A stretch of DNA of 64,000 bases, from the NCBI GenBank assembly GCA_037189525.1, contig JBBCJC010000003.1:1-64000 (forward strand). The letters are read 5' to 3'. Shown here piece by piece: positions 59,674 through 64,000 of the stretch. Below the pieces are notes generated by a model. The model saw nothing but the letters and a program-made list of their open reading frames with translations, did not search any database and was not told the origin of the DNA. The stretch is from Gemmatimonadales bacterium. Lineage in GTDB: Bacteria; Gemmatimonadota; Gemmatimonadetes; Gemmatimonadales; GWC2-71-9. The first letter of the stretch is position 1, and each line of letters opens with the position of its first letter. A program made the position numbers and the translations under genes.

Positions 59674-60366
59674 ATCGACGGCTCGATTTTCGAACGGCCT
59701 CTGGCGGCACTCCCGCTGCTCTTCGGAGCGGGACTGGTCACCAGTCTGACGCCCTGCGTCTACCCGATGATCCCGATTACGGCGGGCGTGTTGGGTGGAG
59801 CGGGTGCCGTCGGCCGTTCGCGCGGGCGGACCATCCTGCTCAGTCTGACCTATGCGATCGGGCTGGCCTCGGTCTATGCGACACTCGGCGTGATCGCTGG
59901 GGTGACCGGGAGTCTCTTCGGGACGATCAGTTCGAATCCCTGGGCCTATTTCGCGATGGGCAACCTGCTCCTGCTGGCCGGGCTCGCCATGCTGGATGTG
60001 ATTCCGATCCTGGTGCCGGAGCGGGTCCTGTCGTGGGCCGGGCGATTCGGCTCGCGGTCGCTGGGCTCGGTTTTCCTGATGGGAGCGACCTCCGGACTCG
60101 TCGCGGCGCCGTGTGGCGCGCCTGCCTTTGCCGCGGTGCTCACCTTCGTCGGGGCGACCCAGAGCGCGGGCCTGGGCTTCCTCTATCTCTTCGTGTTCAG
60201 CTTAGGGATGACGGCGCTGCTGGTGGTGATCGGGATCTTTTCCGGGACGCTCGCTGCGCTGCCCAAGGCGGGGCGCTGGACCGTGTGGATCAAACGGGGC
60301 GCGGGCGTCCTCATGTTGGCCATGGCGGAATACTACTTCGTGAAGATGGGGCAGGTATGGTTTTGA
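59674..60366 (+). CDS. CcdA/DsbD beta-domain protein; start codon non-canonical or uncertain
   Basis: GLVTSLTPCVYPMIP and VAAPCGAP; the first Cys motif lies upstream of the first ATG (59767). Confidence 0.85.
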   Translation: MDGSIFERPLAALPLLFGAGLVTSLTPCVYPMIPITAGVLGGAGAVGRSRGRTILLSLTYAIGLASVYATLGVIAGVTGSLFGTISSNPWAYFAMGNLLLLAGLAMLDVIPILVPERVLSWAGRFGSRSLGSVFLMGATSGLVAAPCGAPAFAAVLTFVGATQSAGLGFLYLFVFSLGMTALLVVIGIFSGTLAALPKAGRWTVWIKRGAGVLMLAMAEYYFVKMGQVWF

Positions 60367-60872
60367 TGCGATGGGTACGACAGGTGGCGTTCGCGGGTCT
60401 GGTCGGCGCGGGCGTTGGCGCTGCTCCACTTGCTGCGCAGTTCGACGCGGGGATTCCGGTCGGTAGCAAGGCGCCGGTGCTGGTGATCAACGATCTCGAC
60501 GGCAAGCCGGTCGACCTCGGTGCCTATCTGGGGCGGGGGCCGGTGCTGATCGAGTTCTGGGCCACCTGGTGTTCGTCGTGTAAGGCGCTCCTCCCGGAAC
60601 TGGCCCGTGTGCGCAAAGCCTTTGGCGACAAAGTGACGTTGATCGGCATCAATGTGACCGTCAACGAATCGCGGGAGCGGGTGCGGCGTTATCTCCGGAC
60701 GGTCGATCCGGGTTTCCTCGTGCTGTACGATGAGTCGGGCGCGAGTACCCGGGCGTATGACGTGCCGGGCACTTCGTATGTCGTCATGGTCGATGCGAGC
60801 GGCACGGTCGTGTACACGGGAACCGGCGGCGATCAGGATCTGGTGGCCGCGGTGCGAAAGGCGGTGCAATGA
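60366..60872 (+). CDS. TlpA/ResA-family thioredoxin-like disulfide reductase
   Basis: EFWATWCSSC, signal peptide, TGATG overlap. Confidence 0.93.
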   Translation: MRWVRQVAFAGLVGAGVGAAPLAAQFDAGIPVGSKAPVLVINDLDGKPVDLGAYLGRGPVLIEFWATWCSSCKALLPELARVRKAFGDKVTLIGINVTVNESRERVRRYLRTVDPGFLVLYDESGASTRAYDVPGTSYVVMVDASGTVVYTGTGGDQDLVAAVRKAVQ

Positions 60873-61459
60873 TGCGCAGCTGGCTTATTGCGGGCGGGTT
60901 GGTGCTGGCGGTCGTGGGCGGGCTCGAAGGGCAGGAGCAGCGTCCTCGGCTGGGTATGCTCGGCAGTCCGCGGGAGGGGCGTCCGGCCCCGGCCGCGGTT
61001 GCGCCGTACCACACCCAGGCGGGTGCGGGGCCGGTGGACCAACCCTTTCGGCTGTCGGCCGAACTCGGGCGGGTCGTCATTCTCGTGCTGGGCGGGGCGG
61101 TGGACTCGGCGGCCGGTCCGGCGTGGCGCGGGGTCGAGGAGCAGTTGGCGGGGCTCGTCTCTGGGCGGGTCATCCTGGTGGGCGCGGCGCGGGGTACCCA
61201 GGCTCAGGTGGTCGAGCTGGCTGCGGGGCTCCGGGCGGTGGAGCCGGAGGCGGGGGGGCCTCTGCCGACCAAACTCTTGGTCGATGGTGACGGGCAGATC
61301 CACCGCGCCTTTGGGATGGGGAATCGGGACCGGGGGTGGGCCACCTTCGTGATTGCGGACGACGGGCGGATCGCGGCCATCGTTCGGGGTGATCCTGCGA
61401 AAGCGGATTGGCGTGCCGCAGTCGAGGCCGGTGTCCGGAAGGGGCGTACCGCGCCCTAG
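60869..61459 (+). CDS. Secreted redoxin-fold-like protein with no cysteine
   Basis: GRPAP..FRLSAELGRVVIL..LLVDGDG..AFG..TFVIADDGRI pattern; ATGA overlap. Confidence 0.65.
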   Translation: MMRSWLIAGGLVLAVVGGLEGQEQRPRLGMLGSPREGRPAPAAVAPYHTQAGAGPVDQPFRLSAELGRVVILVLGGAVDSAAGPAWRGVEEQLAGLVSGRVILVGAARGTQAQVVELAAGLRAVEPEAGGPLPTKLLVDGDGQIHRAFGMGNRDRGWATFVIADDGRIAAIVRGDPAKADWRAAVEAGVRKGRTAP

Positions 61460-61576
61460 GGTGCGGCTGTCGGTCTTTATTCGGGCTGAAGGGGCGGCGG
61501 AGTCGTGCAGTTCGGGAGCCGCCCGAGCCGGTCGGTGGCTTGTCTCCCCGGTCGTTGGTTCCTATAACCGTGCAAT

Positions 61577-61622
61577 AATCAGCAACTTGCGACGCCCGTT
61601 CGAGTTCCGGCACGGGCGTTGC
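61577..61622 (+). promoter_or_regulatory. IHF site plus sigma54 promoter
   Basis: AATCAGCAACTTG (matches WATCARNNNNTTR) at 61577-61589; CGGCACGGGCGTTGC (GG-N10-GC) at 61608-61622. Confidence 0.6.
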
Positions 61623-61749
61623 TGCCGTTCGGGGTCTGAGTGACCAGGAAGTGGGCGCTTGCCGGGACCGGGTGTAAGAAATTGCGTTCCGGGGTGGATA
61701 CGGACGGGTTCTCGATCGCCAAACTGTGATGCTGGTTGGGGTTAGGATA

Positions 61750-61778
61750 TTGACCCTCTTCGGGCTGAGCGTTATCTT
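61750..61778 (+). promoter_or_regulatory. Sigma70-type promoter
   Basis: TTGACC-17 nt-TATCTT. Confidence 0.7.
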
Positions 61779-61784
61779 GGCGTG

Positions 61785-62239
61785 TTGTTTTCAGTCCGGT
61801 AGTCCCTGTTCGTCAGTCTGAAAGTTTGCGTGGGCCGTGGTGGGTTGGTACCGCCGTGTGTCCGTGCGTTTGGGGCTGGAGGGCGGGGGAAGGACGGCGA
61901 TAGCGGGTGATCGGGCGACTTTGGTCAGCGTTTTGTGCGCTGGCTCACAGCGCGCGATCCGCGGTATCGCTATGATAAGTCTGATACAGGATAATCAGAC
62001 TGAAAGCTGTGTTCGGCTGTAGGAAAAGCAGGCGGGATGTTCGGCTCGCGGCCCAGCCGCGTTCCGAGACTCGCACTCCGGAGTTGGACAAGTCCGGGTG
62101 CGGGGTACGATCGAGGCTGGCGTAAGCCGAGGTCACAGCAGGGAACATGTAGGACAGAGAAGTCGCCGGACAAAGAAGTGATGTTGAAGGATTCAAGTTG
62201 GTTGAATAGCGCAGGTCCAAACGTTCATAGGGGGAGTTA
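61785..62239 (+). ncRNA. Long structured 5' leader or unknown ncRNA candidate
   Basis: Several nested complementary segments forming two domains (about 61789-62005 and 62006-62139); no credible ORF. Confidence 0.5.
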
Positions 62240-64000
62240 ATGAACAAGTTCTACCGTTCCATGCTGTTCTCCGGCGCATTGGCCGCGGGATTGGCTGCTT
62301 GCGGTGACGACGTCACTGTCGTCGATCCGCCGCCGCCGCCGCCGCCGCCGCCGGCAGTGGTTCGGTCGGTCACGGTTGACCCGAATGGCATCTCGGTCAA
62401 CCCGGGCCAGACCGTCCAGATGACGGCGTCGGTCGTGGCCGATCCGGGCGTTACGCCCACCGTCACCTGGCAGGTGAGTGAAGCCGGCCGCGCCACGATC
62501 AGTGCCGCCGGTCTCTTGACCATTCTGACCGATGCAACTACCGGCCCGGTCGTCGTTCGCGCGACGGCGAGTGGTGGTGCGAATGGTGGTTCCGTCCAGG
62601 GTGCGGCGACTCTCAATGTCGTCGGAACTACGGTCACCTCGGTGACGATCACGCCGCCGACGGCTGTGCTCAACGCGGGCACGTCCATCTCGCCGCCGCA
62701 GAGCCTCCAGGCTGTTGCGGCGGTCGTCGGCACCAACAACCCGCCGCAGACCGTTACGTGGACCTCGCTCGATCCGACTGTCGCGACGGTCAATCCGACC
62801 GACGGCACGATCACGGCGAACAACACGGCCAAGCCGGGCAACGTCGTCATCCGGGCCTGCTCGACGGTCGATACGTCGAAGTGCGGCACGTTGGCGCTCG
62901 TCGTCGTCGTTCCGGACCCGGCCACCGTCCAGGTGCAGTCGGTGACCACCGGTGGTCTGACCACCCCGGTTAACCTGAACAACGTCAACGGCCAGATCGA
63001 AATCGCGCTCAACGTCGAGCCCGGTTCGCGTTCGATCACCCGCGTGGACGCCCTCATCGGCGGTCGCGTCGTGGCCACGCAGAACTTTACGTCCGCCTCC
63101 CCGGCTCCGGTCGCGGCTGAGGGCGCGCCGACGGTGGTGGTGCTCAGCACCAACACGCAGCAGGTGCGTAAGGCCGGGGGTTCGACCGGCGCGCTGGTTC
63201 CGGTGATCTTCAACGGCAACTCCGAGATCACGGCCAACCTGTATGTCCAGGGTTCGACCACGCCGATCGCGTCCAACGCGGTGCCGGTCGTGATGAACAA
63301 CCCGGACCAGCTGGTCCGTCGTTCGTACTCTGAGACCGAGCGTCCGGCGAGCCTGGCTGCGTCGGCTGGTGCGCTCACCGCGGTGTCGCTCATCGACGGT
63401 AACACGTATCACAACGGCTCGCAGGATGTCGACGGCTTCGACTACGTCGCGTTCGGCACCGTGGCTCCGTCCTCGGTCACTCTGAGCGGTAACCTCTGCG
63501 GCGCTTCGTCGAACCTGGTTGATCCGGCGGCGACGGCGGCGGGTGGTGTTGCGCTGACCGGTACGTTTGCCTGCGCGGGTGTCGAGGGTGGCAACACCAT
63601 CAGCGGCGTCGCGGGTGTGTCGTATCCGGCGGGTGCGGTTGGCCCGGATGGTACCTCGCTCGCGCCGGCGGCTGGCATTTCGACCACCGCTTCGGCGTTC
63701 ACCCTCGCGGGTGAGCAGCGCTGGAACGTGGTTCCGCCGACGGTCGGCCCGAACCCGGGTCCGGTCTACGTCGACAACAAGGGTCCGACTGTCGCCATCG
63801 ACAACGTGGCCTTCAACGACAGCTTCGACCAGCCGTGGATCAACGCCGCGTACGCGTTCTCGCAGGATCTGATCGCGGATGACGGCACCTTGATCGGTAC
63901 CGACTCGGTCGGTGTTGGTATCAATTACACCAACTGGCCGCGTGCCCGTGAGTACAACGGTGCCTGCGGCTCCGCGAACCTCGATCCGCAGACGGGTACT
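62240..64000 (+). CDS. Large lipoprotein with Ig-like (Big_2-type) domains, truncated at window end
   Basis: SD GGGGAG; MNKFYRSMLFSGALAAGLAAC lipobox; SVTVDP..VTW and SVTITP..VTWTS..VATV repeats; absent from the ORF track, consistent with no stop inside the window. Confidence 0.88.
   Translation, partial: MNKFYRSMLFSGALAAGLAACGDDVTVVDPPPPPPPPPAVVRSVTVDPNGISVNPGQTVQMTASVVADPGVTPTVTWQVSEAGRATISAAGLLTILTDATTGPVVVRATASGGANGGSVQGAATLNVVGTTVTSVTITPPTAVLNAGTSISPPQSLQAVAAVVGTNNPPQTVTWTSLDPTVATVNPTDGTITANNTAKPGNVVIRACSTVDTSKCGTLALVVVVPDPATVQVQSVTTGGLTTPVNLNNVNGQIEIALNVEPGSRSITRVDALIGGRVVATQNFTSASPAPVAAEGAPTVVVLSTNTQQVRKAGGSTGALVPVIFNGNSEITANLYVQGSTTPIASNAVPVVMNNPDQLVRRSYSETERPASLAASAGALTAVSLIDGNTYHNGSQDVDGFDYVAFGTVAPSSVTLSGNLCGASSNLVDPAATAAGGVALTGTFACAGVEGGNTISGVAGVSYPAGAVGPDGTSLAPAAGISTTASAFTLAGEQRWNVVPPTVGPNPGPVYVDNKGPTVAIDNVAFNDSFDQPWINAAYAFSQDLIADDGTLIGTDSVGVGINYTNWPRAREYNGACGSANLDPQTGT
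62327..62353 (+). repeat. (CCG)9 tract encoding poly-proline
   Basis: Nine consecutive in-frame CCG codons. Confidence 0.95.

Noticed and set aside
59668..59710. SECIS element after the ispG TGA
   Set aside because: Only a 4-bp TCGA/TCGA stem, and the TGA is not at a conserved Cys position
61591..61620. GTTCGAG as a tRNA T-loop
   Set aside because: No cloverleaf; it is the loop of a 9-bp inverted repeat overlapping the sigma54 box, which is also a caveat for that promoter call
61785..62239. Assignment of the structured region to tmRNA, SRP, RNase P, 6S or a c-di-GMP riboswitch
   Set aside because: Diagnostic sequence motifs were not found by eye; left unassigned pending an Rfam search

Overview
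High-GC bacterial chromosome segment; gene content and protein style suggest Gemmatimonadota (inference, not database-checked). 1-11.7 kb: 3' end of tuf, then the S10 and spc ribosomal protein clusters through secY-adk. A divergent TonB-receptor/TetR pair sits between adk and map, and the cluster stops at map with no infA/rpmJ/alpha-operon genes. It continues with a TetR HTH remnant, suhB-like IMPase, trpS-degenerate pilT-purA, an AT-richer type IV minor pilin operon, glyQS-zincin-beta propeller-small protein-ubiquitin-like protein-HDAC, dipeptide epimerase, priA, a second TonB receptor, uORF-hypothetical-fur-ccdA, a lipoprotein, ggt, murQ-anmK-nagZ, a Ser/Thr kinase-PP2C-FHA/trypsin module, amidase, GWxTD-like protein, class II RNR, a HEAT-like/HD-GYP pair, ispG-ccdA-tlpA-Cys-less redoxin, and a ~780-nt structured intergenic region before a large truncated Ig-like lipoprotein. 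I saw no tRNA, rRNA, CRISPR array, transposase or integrase. The best leads are the long structured leader at 61.8-62.2 kb, the ubiquitin-like operon, three sigma54/IHF-like promoters, a leaderless 24-aa uORF, a ccdA with no canonical start codon, and a catalytically eroded PilT. All assignments are by-eye motif recognition.
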